IMG/VR virus record: IMGVR_UViG_3300010158_000044
Length of the DNA stretch: 29,727 nucleotides
Direction: 5' to 3' (one strand)
DNA from: an uncultured virus (IMG/VR IMGVR_UViG_3300010158_000044)
Lineage: Duplodnaviria > Heunggongvirae > Uroviricota > Caudoviricetes
The position numbers and the translations under genes were made by a program. Shown piece by piece: positions 1 through 7,809 of this stretch. The notes below the pieces were generated by a model. It was not told where the DNA came from and did not search any database. It saw only the letters and a program-made list of their open reading frames with translations. The number at the start of each line of letters is the position of its first letter. Position 1 is the first letter of the stretch.

Positions 1-515
1 ATCTCTACCGGTAGATATCTGCGACCACGTACTAGCATGTAAGCGCCAGAGGTTTCCTCTGGTGTTTCACCTAGCCATCTAGCCACAGTACCAATTAGAT
101 ATGGAGCAACAGCTGGATACCTAGCACATAGTAATGTCTCAATGCGCTGGTCTTCCAACATGTTGGTAGCCTCCATATAATCATTTTGTAGAACCCATTT
201 GATCAGTTCTGTACCCTTGCGAGGCGTATAGAAATGATGGGCTAGCTCATGATAGTTCAGGCCCGTCACCTGAGTTAGTGTTTCCATATCCATCTCAGAT
301 ATTTCTTCTTGATTGATATAGATTGCGGCACCGTCAGACCAAGCGGGCGCAGGCCCACCAGCCATTACGTTGACGATTAGTGGATCACCTGTAAGAACAC
401 GATCTGCTTGTTCATACACACGACAAAGAGCACCTAATTGAATGATGCGTTCTTGTTCTAGTTCTGAACGAGCGTCTCCTCCCCACGGTGAGTCATCTAC
501 TTCATCTATAAGCAT
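1..515 (-). CDS. CobT-like/VWA-type partner of MoxR ATPase, N-terminal HExxH metallopeptidase-like region (partial, runs off the left edge)
   Basis: Manual translation from ATG at 515 (SD AAGGAGG) is open to base 1: MLIDEVDDSPW...APAWSDGAAIYIN...GLNYHELAHHFYT...TNMLEDQRIETLL. HELAH plus NxxEDxRIE is typical of phage CobT-like partners. It lies directly downstream of the AAA+ gene. The VWA domain itself is not visible in the window. Confidence 0.8.
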   Translation of the reverse strand, partial: MLIDEVDDSPWGGDARSELEQERIIQLGALCRVYEQADRVLTGDPLIVNVMAGGPAPAWSDGAAIYINQEEISEMDMETLTQVTGLNYHELAHHFYTPRKGTELIKWVLQNDYMEATNMLEDQRIETLLCARYPAVAPYLIGTVARWLGETPEETSGAYMLVRGRRYLPVE

Positions 516-524
516 TTAACCTCC

Positions 525-1913
525 TTATACTAGTTGTTTAGCCCATTCTTCCAGGCGTTGGTCAATGCTTGCATCTGCAGGATGCTCTGTTACTTCACCA
601 GTATCTAGACCAAAGTCAGTCTTGATGTTGTACTCATGAGTCTGGAAGACCATGCGTACGCTGGCTTGCTCATCTGTACTAAAGTGAGCGATAAAGTTCT
701 CTGCTGCAAACTCATAGCCAAGATCGTCTACAAGCTTAGTGAACTCCATACCCATATTGGTAGAGATTGGTGTTTCATATTGACCTTTAGCAGCCTCTAC
801 ACGAAGTTGCTTCATCAATATGCGAAGAGCCTTAGAACCAATCAACTTCTCCTCAACAGCATCGTCATAATCCCAAGGGATTTGAATGTCGAAGCGATTG
901 CGGAACGCAAAGTTGAGCGGCGTGGTGCCGATATAATCTGGATTCATAGTAGCAAAGATAGTAAGGTCTGGATGAGCCTCAATAGTCTCGCCGTGATGAT
1001 CGAGCAATATAATATTGCGACGACCATCGGTCAATGAATACAGATTGGTATAGATCTTAGGATTGATGAAGTTAACCTCATCAAGCAAAAGAACGCCACC
1101 ATTGCGAACTACGTCAGTTACTGGACCATCAATCCACATGAATGCACCTTCTCCATCGGAGACGAATTTTCCAGTCATTTGACTTGGCTCCATTGATGCA
1201 TTACCAGAGATTGATGCCATACGTAAGCCACGCTCTGAGGCCCACGCTTCAACTGATGTAGTCTTACCAGGGCCAGTTGGGCCATAGATAAGCACGTTGA
1301 TACCTTCAGCACGTGCGTGGTCATAGACTTTGAAGTCTTCCACGCCCCACACCTTGCGATGTACATAGCGCTCAGCTAATTCCTTGCGTGGAACTGTTGC
1401 AAGATTTACGCTAAACACTTTGCCACCGGATGATACTGATGTGTTGTCCATTGTTTGTGTTGGCACAGGAACTACCAACGGGACTGTTGCACCAGCTTGA
1501 CGACGATTATCTATTACATATGTTTCCAATGTGTCATCTCCAATTAGTGTTTGGTCATACAGTTCATAGAGTTTATCTAAGAACGGTGTTGTATCTGTAT
1601 TAGGTTCAGCCTTAGCATGCTGATTACATGCTTTAGTTCCCAATACAGGAGAATAGCCTTTGTCTGCAATTGCCTTCTCATCTGCTGCCGTAACATATAC
1701 GCCAACAGGGGTCCGTGTCAATTGCTCATTGCTATCAATCATGTTCACGAATTGATCTACGTGAGCATCCTCCCACTTATTGTGTGGACCTTTGCTACCA
1801 TCAGTCATTCGAGACCAGATTCTGACTCCACCTTCATGCGGGGACATAAGGATTTGACGTCGCTTAGCACCCATACTTGGTTCGTAAGACTCGGTGAATA
1901 CTGCTATCTCCAT
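525..1913 (-). CDS. MoxR/CobS/CbbQ-NirQ-NorQ-like AAA+ ATPase with an unknown N-terminal domain
   Basis: Walker A GPTGPGKT, Walker B LLLDEVN, WIDGPVT, sensor-1 ATMNPDYIGT, Arg finger AFRNRF; SD GAAAGGA. Confidence 0.92.
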   Translation of the reverse strand: MEIAVFTESYEPSMGAKRRQILMSPHEGGVRIWSRMTDGSKGPHNKWEDAHVDQFVNMIDSNEQLTRTPVGVYVTAADEKAIADKGYSPVLGTKACNQHAKAEPNTDTTPFLDKLYELYDQTLIGDDTLETYVIDNRRQAGATVPLVVPVPTQTMDNTSVSSGGKVFSVNLATVPRKELAERYVHRKVWGVEDFKVYDHARAEGINVLIYGPTGPGKTTSVEAWASERGLRMASISGNASMEPSQMTGKFVSDGEGAFMWIDGPVTDVVRNGGVLLLDEVNFINPKIYTNLYSLTDGRRNIILLDHHGETIEAHPDLTIFATMNPDYIGTTPLNFAFRNRFDIQIPWDYDDAVEEKLIGSKALRILMKQLRVEAAKGQYETPISTNMGMEFTKLVDDLGYEFAAENFIAHFSTDEQASVRMVFQTHEYNIKTDFGLDTGEVTEHPADASIDQRLEEWAKQLV

Positions 1914-1924
1914 TGTGTTCCTTT

Positions 1925-2188
1925 CTAGTTGTAGTTTTCTTCGTCACGAAGAACTTGTCTTTGCATGACGACTGCTGCTTCATACATTGCTACCTTTTGT
2001 CTAGGCCATTGTGTAATGAGCTCAAACAAAAAGCCGTTCTCTTCTGCCTTCTCCATAATATAGTTCATATGGTCTTGAAGTTCAGAAATAATTTCATTTC
2101 TGACATCTTCAGGCATTTGCTGCAGTTGTTCGATAGCATCGCTACTGAACTCTGGCTCATCATCATCATCCCCACATTCGTGGCACAT
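1925..2188 (-). CDS. Small acidic hypothetical protein with N-terminal CxxC (87 aa)
   Basis: Start moved from 2296 to ATG 2188 (MCHECGDDDD), which follows SD GAAAGGA. Confidence 0.75.
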   Translation of the reverse strand: MCHECGDDDDEPEFSSDAIEQLQQMPEDVRNEIISELQDHMNYIMEKAEENGFLFELITQWPRQKVAMYEAAVVMQRQVLRDEENYN

Positions 2189-2208
2189 GATTAGTTCCTT
2201 TCTGTTAT

Positions 2209-2407
2209 TAGGTTGAGTTGGCTTACCTCCGTTGCCGCACAGGGACTGAATGCCCATCGCACCTTCTCTTTTCATCTCGCATACATTAGTTATCACGTAC
2301 TACTAATGCGTGAGCCTTTAAATTACTCGGTTCTTGAATTGATTAAGTATGATTAGAGGTGGGCTTAGCCAACTCATCCTATTTGGTATTCATATGTGAT
2401 ACCAAAC
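2209..2407 (-). ncRNA. Putative structured RNA domain in an intergenic spacer
   Basis: Long-range helix TAGG-T-TGAGTTGGCT (2209-2223) with AGCCAACTCA-T-CCTA (2367-2381), plus ACCTC/GAGGT. Internal hairpin at about 2275-2314 and an adjacent TTTGGTAT/ATACCAAA hairpin at about 2382-2407. Confidence 0.5.
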
Positions 2408-2899
2408 CTAGAGGTTTAGTGATTCTTTTTCAACGTTCCACATATTGATAGCGTTATCAGTTGTGTTAGCGATTGCTTGGTTGAAAGTCTCTGAGGTCCA
2501 TTTGCGTAAGCCAATGGCTTGATACAGAGTCTTGATGTAATTAGAGGCTTGTTGTGCCGGTACTCTCATAATTACTTCTTTTGCCAAGTCTAATTGACCT
2601 GACATATAAGCCATACTCGCTGCGTATTCACAAAGAGTAAGTTCGGTTTTTGTTTGAACATGCTCAACAGTATTTAGTGCTTGAATAAATGTTCTAGCAC
2701 ATCCTTCTGTTGAATTGCTTTTTAATGCGATCACTAAGAAAGCATCACGTAGCGCTTCTGTTTGTGTTGACCACTCAAGTAGATTGCTAGGCATAATGCC
2801 TGCACTTACATACAGAACTAATTGTTCTGCCCCATCTATTGAGCCGCTTATCTGTGGATAGACTGCTTGTGGATCATACTTAGCCGATAGGTTCGACAT
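2408..2899 (-). CDS. Helical hypothetical protein, DUF4192 C-terminal-like
   Basis: 163-aa ORF. The pattern LRDAFL...AASMAYMSGQLDLAKEVIMR...YIKTLYQAI resembles the actinobacterial DUF4192 C-terminus (recognition by eye only). Confidence 0.55.
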   Translation of the reverse strand: MSNLSAKYDPQAVYPQISGSIDGAEQLVLYVSAGIMPSNLLEWSTQTEALRDAFLVIALKSNSTEGCARTFIQALNTVEHVQTKTELTLCEYAASMAYMSGQLDLAKEVIMRVPAQQASNYIKTLYQAIGLRKWTSETFNQAIANTTDNAINMWNVEKESLNL

Positions 2900-3605
2900 A
2901 GTCTGCCACCATCCTTTCTAGTAGTGTTGCTGCTGATTTGATGATCTTTCCATCACGTAAACGAAGAGGGGTTCCATCCCACTGTGTACGCTCAGGTTTA
3001 CTTCCATAGTCTCTCTTCTTAGAGCCACTACAGAAATAACAAGTTTGGCTTCTCTTTACCATATGAGACTGATCATTTCCGTGTACACACGGCAAGCTAT
3101 GCCAGTATCTATGGCCCTTAACATCCATATCAGGATGTTTTGCGCAGGTTTGAAAGCCTTTTTCATTTATTTTGACGTTGTAACAAGTATCGGTGCTGCA
3201 CCAACCATCTAATAATCCGGTCTGTGAACATTGACGACAGCCTTGTATCTTAGGCTTACTAAGAGGGGCGCCATCTTCTTGTAAATAGAACTTATGATTA
3301 CGCTGGAATACTTGAATACCTGCGTAACGTTGGATAGTAAGACGTACTGAGTGACTGCGTAATGGGTTCCAAGTACTGCCCCAATGTGTAACTGTATCTA
3401 TACCGCTGATAACAGTTGTTCCGTCTTTATGGAAGGTAACGAACTTACTTGTTCCTCCACCAAAGTGCCAACCTATATTTATGGGACTATCAGCGTCCCA
3501 TTTGTTTTCTTTCCAGATGCGAAGACCTCTATCATATAAAGGACGCTCATACTTCTTGCGACCTCCAGATAAGAAAGTCGAACCCCAATTCCAATCAGGA
3601 ATCAT
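2880..3605 (-). CDS. Hypothetical protein with a Cys/His-rich Zn-binding region (DnaJ-like CxxCxxxG)
   Basis: 241-aa ORF with CRQCSQTG and CYFCSGSK plus further Cys/His; TAATG-coupled to the upstream gene. Confidence 0.75.
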   Translation of the reverse strand: MIPDWNWGSTFLSGGRKKYERPLYDRGLRIWKENKWDADSPINIGWHFGGGTSKFVTFHKDGTTVISGIDTVTHWGSTWNPLRSHSVRLTIQRYAGIQVFQRNHKFYLQEDGAPLSKPKIQGCRQCSQTGLLDGWCSTDTCYNVKINEKGFQTCAKHPDMDVKGHRYWHSLPCVHGNDQSHMVKRSQTCYFCSGSKKRDYGSKPERTQWDGTPLRLRDGKIIKSAATLLERMVADYVEPIG

Positions 3606-3916
3606 TAATCAACCTCCTCATAAAATAATGATACTTTGCTCTGCTGTTGTAAGTCAAACATCCGCTCACGCAGACGCTCAACCTGTTTTGCTGGTTCTTC
3701 TTCCTCATAAAAAGAAAGACTAATGGGGAAGATCGGTGCTTCTTGTGCGGGTTGATTTGACAATAAGCCAATTACCATGCCAAGACCATCGATTATGCCG
3801 GCACTATAAGAGCGCATTACTTGGCTCTCTTCGAACTGGCTATCTTGATGTTCTTCCCACATTAACCGATTGATCTTGTCAATCAGTCCCTTGCGCTTAA
3901 CCAGTAACTTTCGCAT
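3605..3916 (-). CDS. Hypothetical protein
   Basis: 103-aa ORF with SD AAGGAGG. Confidence 0.75.
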   Translation of the reverse strand: MRKLLVKRKGLIDKINRLMWEEHQDSQFEESQVMRSYSAGIIDGLGMVIGLLSNQPAQEAPIFPISLSFYEEEEPAKQVERLRERMFDLQQQSKVSLFYEEVD

Positions 3917-3937
3917 ACTGGTACCTCCTTATGGGTA

Positions 3938-3963
3938 AGCCCCCGCCATTGCTGACGGGGGCT
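3938..3963 (-). other. GC-rich stem-loop with GCAA tetraloop (processing or stabilising hairpin, or weak terminator)
   Basis: Minus strand AGCCCCCGTCA-GCAA-TGGCGGGGGCT (one U-G pair); no real U-tract follows. Confidence 0.65.
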
Positions 3964-3979
3964 GGTTTGTTTGTGTTGG

Positions 3980-4414
3980 TTAGCGAATGAATGACGCCCA
4001 TGTAGATGATGAACTGATCTTGAATTCAGTATCAGTTGCACCATCAATTAGAGCGATAGCATTTTGTACTTGCTCATACTCAGATACAGCATCATGACGA
4101 GTATTTTTGTACTGTGGTTCACGCTCATTAGTTGGGCGTTCACCTAGCGCAGCCTCAGCCAATTCAATATTAAATGAATAGGTTAAAGAGAATCGATTGT
4201 GATACTTATTAGTATCAACCTCGTAAGCTTTAGCTACATTCTTTTTAGCCCATGCTTTGGCTTTGCTATCCCAAGCGTCTTGACGCTTGTTGAGAGTTGA
4301 TTGGTTCTTTTCCCATTCACTTATCTCTGCGTCCATACGCTTGAGTGTTTCGGTTAGTTTCTTGACTAAGTCTTTCTTAGCCCAAGTTGTTGCGATGACC
4401 TTGTTACTGGCCAT
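3980..4414 (-). CDS. Hypothetical coiled-coil protein
   Basis: 144-aa ORF with SD AAGGAGG. Confidence 0.8.
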   Translation of the reverse strand: MASNKVIATTWAKKDLVKKLTETLKRMDAEISEWEKNQSTLNKRQDAWDSKAKAWAKKNVAKAYEVDTNKYHNRFSLTYSFNIELAEAALGERPTNEREPQYKNTRHDAVSEYEQVQNAIALIDGATDTEFKISSSSTWASFIR

Positions 4415-4427
4415 AGCACGCCTCCTT

Positions 4428-4733
4428 TTAGTTAGGTGGTGTTACAGGGACTCCTGCAACATATTCATTCTCTTGGCTATCAATAACCACGAGAGTGTTT
4501 TCAACGTAGGCATTGCCTACTGGCGTTTCTCCAATCGTTGCGTAAACCAATGCGCTCTTCAGACTCTGAAGCTCATCTTCGGTAAGGTGCAAGAGCTTGG
4601 TTTTTGCTAAACGATCGACCATACCTATAACACGACCAGCACACTCTAGACGAGTGGCATCTTCGGTCAAGTCATCGGAATATTTTTTCTCTTTGAGGTA
4701 GTCCAAAGAGTAGACTTTGAGGTTATTAGGCAT
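4428..4733 (-). CDS. Hypothetical protein
   Basis: 101-aa ORF overlapping the upstream stop codon. Confidence 0.75.
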   Translation of the reverse strand: MPNNLKVYSLDYLKEKKYSDDLTEDATRLECAGRVIGMVDRLAKTKLLHLTEDELQSLKSALVYATIGETPVGNAYVENTLVVIDSQENEYVAGVPVTPPN

Positions 4734-5019
4734 TAGACATAGCCTCTAACTTCTCAGGATCAAATGCCGGAGTTAGAGATGTTGCTGTGTACACCTTTCC
4801 TGTTTTCCAATGAGGAATTGATTTGTGGTTCCAACGACCACCCATAGCCTTCCAAGCTTCACGCTTGGCATTACTAGCAGCACTGCGACCATTCACGTGA
4901 GTGAAGTTAGTCTTTTCTGGCTGTGCTGGGCCTGGGTTTTTCTTGCGTGCTTTACCGTTCTTACGGTCGCCCGCTGTGTTTACTTTAGGAGCTGGTGCTC
5001 CTCCTCTACCTTTTGCCAT
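4726..5019 (-). CDS. Small basic Lys/Gly-rich hypothetical protein
   Basis: 97-aa ORF (MAKGRGGAPAPK...) with SD GAAAGGGG. Confidence 0.75.
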   Translation of the reverse strand: MAKGRGGAPAPKVNTAGDRKNGKARKKNPGPAQPEKTNFTHVNGRSAASNAKREAWKAMGGRWNHKSIPHWKTGKVYTATSLTPAFDPEKLEAMSNA

Positions 5020-5039
5020 TGTCTGGCCCCTTTCGGAGG

Positions 5040-5195
5040 TTAGTTGATTGTCTCTACACGAGTGTATAGAGTGTTGATGCCATCATTCCATAGCATCAAT
5101 GCTTCGTTGCGTGTGAGGCCATAGAATAACTGGGCCTCTATAATGAACAGGTGCTTGCCGATGAATGTGTCGGGCGTTGTTTGTGTTGGTTGCAT
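5040..5195 (-). CDS. Small hypothetical protein (51 aa)
   Basis: Manual translation MQPTQTTPDTFIGKHLFIIEAQLFYGLTRNEALMLWNDGINTLYTRVETIN; TAATG-coupled to the upstream gene and fills the gap. Confidence 0.6.
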   Translation of the reverse strand: MQPTQTTPDTFIGKHLFIIEAQLFYGLTRNEALMLWNDGINTLYTRVETIN

Positions 5196-5434
5196 TAGAT
5201 ATGCCAATCTAATAGATCAGTTGTTCCCCATTTACGATAGGGTGCATCTATGATGCTATATAACTTCCACCATCTATACCCTGCTTTGGGCATAGTCTCT
5301 TCGTTCTCATACTTAATTTCATATCTTAATGCTTTATGCAATGGGTATGAAGATAAGTGGTCGCACCAATTAGCAAACCATCTAAGAGGTAATACATTTG
5401 TTTTGTGTATCGGTGTGGTTTTAAAATCTTCCAT
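5195..5434 (-). CDS. Trp-rich small hypothetical protein (79 aa)
   Basis: Start moved to ATG 5434 (MEDFKT), which follows SD GAAAGGA. Confidence 0.7.
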   Translation of the reverse strand: MEDFKTTPIHKTNVLPLRWFANWCDHLSSYPLHKALRYEIKYENEETMPKAGYRWWKLYSIIDAPYRKWGTTDLLDWHI

Positions 5435-5453
5435 TGTTATCCTTTCTATTAGA

Positions 5454-5576
5454 TGAGCAGTTTTAATCATCGTGCTCAGGATGTTTGGCGTAGGCGAGGA
5501 TACTTTTTACTCCTAGGAGCTATCACTATCGTGCCATACCAATTATGGTGAGCAGTTTAACCTCATTGCTCAGGAG
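5454..5576 (-). repeat. Twin ~30-nt repeats foldable as H-type pseudoknots (5454-5483 and 5549-5576)
   Basis: Minus strand CATCCTGAGCACGATGATTAAAACTGCTCA and CTCCTGAGCAATGAGGTTAAACTGCTCA. Confidence 0.7.
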
Positions 5577-5613
5577 TCGTGTTTTACCTCAGGTCTCGCC
5601 AGACCAACTGTCA

Positions 5614-5817
5614 CTAGTAAATTGGAGTAATCTTTACAAGATCTTCTTCCAATTTAGTAGAGACATATTTGCCACTCTCTCGAGTGGATTCGTAACAACC
5701 TTTCCAAGTTTCGTGATAGGTATCAGTACCATTGCGGACTCTGATTTCTAGCTTGGATTGGTGTGATTGTATTCTCCGACCACAGTTGTTACAGTATTGC
5801 AAGGCGGGTTTCGCCAT
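5614..5817 (-). CDS. Small putative Zn-finger protein (67 aa)
   Basis: Start at ATG 5817 after SD AAGGAGG; CNNC...HxxxxxC. Confidence 0.72.
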   Translation of the reverse strand: MAKPALQYCNNCGRRIQSHQSKLEIRVRNGTDTYHETWKGCYESTRESGKYVSTKLEEDLVKITPIY

Positions 5818-5872
5818 TGCGGTACCTCCTTTTAGCAGGTACATCCCACTACTTGTGGGAATACTAATACAG

Positions 5873-5897
5873 ATGGGGGTTGCTAGGCAACCCCCAT
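5873..5897. other. Perfect 11-bp stem-loop
   Basis: ATGGGGGTTGC-TAG-GCAACCCCCAT, with a second hairpin TCCCAC/GTGGGA just to its left. Confidence 0.65.
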
Positions 5898-5960
5898 ACT
5901 GTCAGTTATCCAGGATTAAAGAGGGATTGGACAATCAGTTCAATCCATAACTCACGATGG

Positions 5961-6077
5961 CTATGGGTATCGTAAAGGGCTCAGACCAGGGGTTCGGATA
6001 CATCTATTAGCGAACTCATTACTGAGTAAAGCGTTCGAAGCCTTAGCAACTGCTTTGCCTAATTTCTCAATACACAC
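5961..6077 (-). CDS. Possible 38-aa peptide
   Basis: GTG start after SD GAAAGGA: MCIEKLGKAVAKASNALLSNEFANRCIRTPGLSPLRYP. Confidence 0.4.
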   Translation of the reverse strand: MCIEKLGKAVAKASNALLSNEFANRCIRTPGLSPLRYP

Positions 6078-6100
6078 TCGATATTCCTTTCATTGGTTGT

Positions 6101-6331
6101 CTATACAACCAGGACACACACTAAACGAACTACAAAAGGACCTTTACTCATCTTCGGGTTTACCTTTTCCACAGCCCTGTTAGTGAGTAGATTCTAGGAA
6201 TCTATCCGATACGCCACTGCGCTCAACAACTGTGGGGAATTACAAGCATAGAACGCTAAGTTGAACAGACAACCGCTGCGTCGTGCTTATCCTTTGAGTG
6301 TAGGTGTTTAGTGTGTGTCCTGACTGTACAG
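6101..6331 (-). ncRNA. Putative ~230-nt highly structured RNA
   Basis: Perfect 17-bp inverted repeat at 6110-6126/6306-6322, extended outward by 9 bp (three G-U pairs, valid only on the minus strand) and inward by 5-bp and 7-bp helices, enclosing a multi-branch core. Confidence 0.7.
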
Positions 6332-6374
6332 GCGGGGATTGTTTGTGTTGGAGCGACAGTTAGTATTAGTTACT

Positions 6375-6617
6375 CTATGACCTTCTGCTCTCATAGTCTG
6401 AGATTGCTTCTTGTATTGTTCGTCCATAATCCCCTTGTACACACATACCTGAGTCTTCCATATATGTGTGAACAACAAAAGGGGTTACTTTATTGTGGGC
6501 TAGAAAACACAGCACTATTGTTGTGTTTGGATATATGCCCGGCTTACAGGCTAGTACAAGCCCTTTGTTAGATTCAATATTAGTACCTATACTGATAACT
6601 GTTATATCGTCAGTCAT
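6375..6617 (-). CDS. Small hypothetical phage protein
   Basis: 80-aa ORF with SD AAGGAG. Confidence 0.78.
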   Translation of the reverse strand: MTDDITVISIGTNIESNKGLVLACKPGIYPNTTIVLCFLAHNKVTPFVVHTYMEDSGMCVQGDYGRTIQEAISDYESRRS

Positions 6618-6652
6618 TGCTTATCTCCTTTTTCCATAGCCTACGCATACGC

Positions 6653-6883
6653 CTAGACCAACGCTTCTTGTTGGGTAAGGAAGTTGCTGCATTCGAGCGC
6701 CTCAATTCCTGAATCCTTTGTACCTTGGACTTGTCCTTGTTGGGATAACTGCGGAACATAGATAGTCTCCTTTATCTGCATAGCCATTACCTGTTGAATG
6801 ATTGCAAGACATAGCAAGTGCTTGTCGTGCTGAGTGATAGCACCTGCCTTACTTATCTTGGCTGTTACTTGTAGCGTGTTCAT
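6653..6883 (-). CDS. Small hypothetical protein
   Basis: 76-aa ORF with SD-like AGGAAGG. Confidence 0.6.
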   Translation of the reverse strand: MNTLQVTAKISKAGAITQHDKHLLCLAIIQQVMAMQIKETIYVPQLSQQGQVQGTKDSGIEALECSNFLTQQEALV

Positions 6884-6905
6884 TGTTGCCTTCCTGTAGA
6901 GGGAT

Positions 6906-6948
6906 AAAAGAAGGGCGGGGAGAGCCCCCTCTAGCTCTCAACCCGCCC
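6906..6948 (-). terminator. Rho-independent terminator
   Basis: Minus strand GGGCGGG-TT-GAGAGC...GCTCTC-CCCGCCC followed by TTCTTTT. Confidence 0.7.
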
Positions 6949-6982
6949 GGTGTCTACGTAGATGTAGACCTCTCACATAATG

Positions 6983-7111
6983 CTACTTATTGAGCGTCTC
7001 CTTGAGGAGTTTGACTTGCAGACGCATAGTGCCGACTTCGGCAAGGGTTGCGATACAAAACTCCTCTAACTTGCTGAGATGTTCGTCAATAATGCGGGCT
7101 AACTCTTCCAT
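6983..7111 (-). CDS. Small helical hypothetical protein (42 aa)
   Basis: Manual translation MEELARIIDEHLSKLEEFCIATLAEVGTMRLQVKLLKETLNK; SD AGGAG. Confidence 0.6.
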   Translation of the reverse strand: MEELARIIDEHLSKLEEFCIATLAEVGTMRLQVKLLKETLNK

Positions 7112-7242
7112 TGCTCGTCTCCTAACGATACGGATACATTAAACGGACCGACTTGGATAGCAATCTCTTTAGAGAATGAATACCAAGCGACATTAAGTGC
7201 AATACCCCAATTGCGTGGGGTAATTATCCAATGTAGGTGCAT
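7099..7242 (-). CDS. Small hypothetical protein (47 aa)
   Basis: Manual translation MHLHWIITPRNWGIALNVAWYSFSKEIAIQVGPFNVSVSLGDEQWKS; SD GAAAGGA. Confidence 0.6.
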   Translation of the reverse strand: MHLHWIITPRNWGIALNVAWYSFSKEIAIQVGPFNVSVSLGDEQWKS

Positions 7243-7301
7243 TGTCTTTCCTTTCTTATAGGTGGTGCGTGGGTTGTTTGTGTTGGTACGCCCCCGCCGG
7301 C

Positions 7302-7599
7302 AGAAAATTGGCGGGGAAACTTACTTTAGTGTATATAATTCAACAGCCTTAGTTTCATACTCCATAACCTGTTCAGTTATAACATAGCCAATTACATCAC
7401 TGTCTTGAGCATCTGTTATTAGTTCGGCTACAACCTTCATAGTTCCATCACACATCTCAAAGAAAAATGTGCGTGAAGCATCAGTTACCTCAGAAGGGCA
7501 TTGACGATAGAGCATCTCAAACATAGGGTTATCCTGACTTATAACAGGGTTTAATCCCATCTACTTCTCCTTTCTGTAGAAAATTGGCGGGGAAACTTA
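7302..7599. repeat. 22-bp perfect direct repeats (7302-7323 and 7578-7599) flanking one gene
   Basis: AGAAAATTGGCGGGGAAACTTA occurs twice, each copy including the TAA of a minus-strand gene. Variants at 7980-7997 and 9314-9331; core GGCGGGGA also at 6331-6338. Confidence 0.85.
7321..7560 (-). CDS. Small acidic hypothetical protein
   Basis: 79-aa ORF with SD AAAGGAG. Confidence 0.78.
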   Translation of the reverse strand: MGLNPVISQDNPMFEMLYRQCPSEVTDASRTFFFEMCDGTMKVVAELITDAQDSDVIGYVITEQVMEYETKAVELYTLK

Positions 7600-7809
7600 T
7601 TTGTTGAGGGTATAGTGTGTCTCGTATGTAGAGATAAACGAGAAGGCACCGGCACAGGTATAGCAATACACTTCAGTAGGCACGCCTAGCATAAAGGCAT
7701 CAGTACCGGAGTAGACGAGTTTGGTGGATTCACAATTAGGGACAGCACACACCTTTGGAGCGGGCTTGGTGTGTTGGGAACATACGTATGAGCCTAGGCA
7801 ACCGCACAT
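7597..7809 (-). CDS. Small Cys-rich Zn-finger-like protein
   Basis: 70-aa ORF with CxC..CxxH, CxxxxC and CxxC; abuts the upstream stop codon. Confidence 0.7.
   Translation of the reverse strand: MCGCLGSYVCSQHTKPAPKVCAVPNCESTKLVYSGTDAFMLGVPTEVYCYTCAGAFSFISTYETHYTLNK

Noticed and set aside
5454..5576. Hammerhead ribozyme or preQ1 riboswitch call for the CUGAG...AAAC repeats
   Set aside because: No CUGAnGA/GAAA core or three-way junction, and no preQ1-I consensus loop; only the pseudoknot topology is shared.
5950..6060. Possible tRNA near GGTTCGGAT
   Set aside because: No cloverleaf or acceptor stem could be built; a short SD-led ORF on the minus strand explains the region.
636..6571. Plus-strand ORFs in the left arm (636, 1617, 1913, 3481, 4287, 4825, 5250, 5545, 5732, 6311)
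   Set aside because: They are antisense shadows of minus-strand genes that have clear SD sequences and coupling; no motifs.
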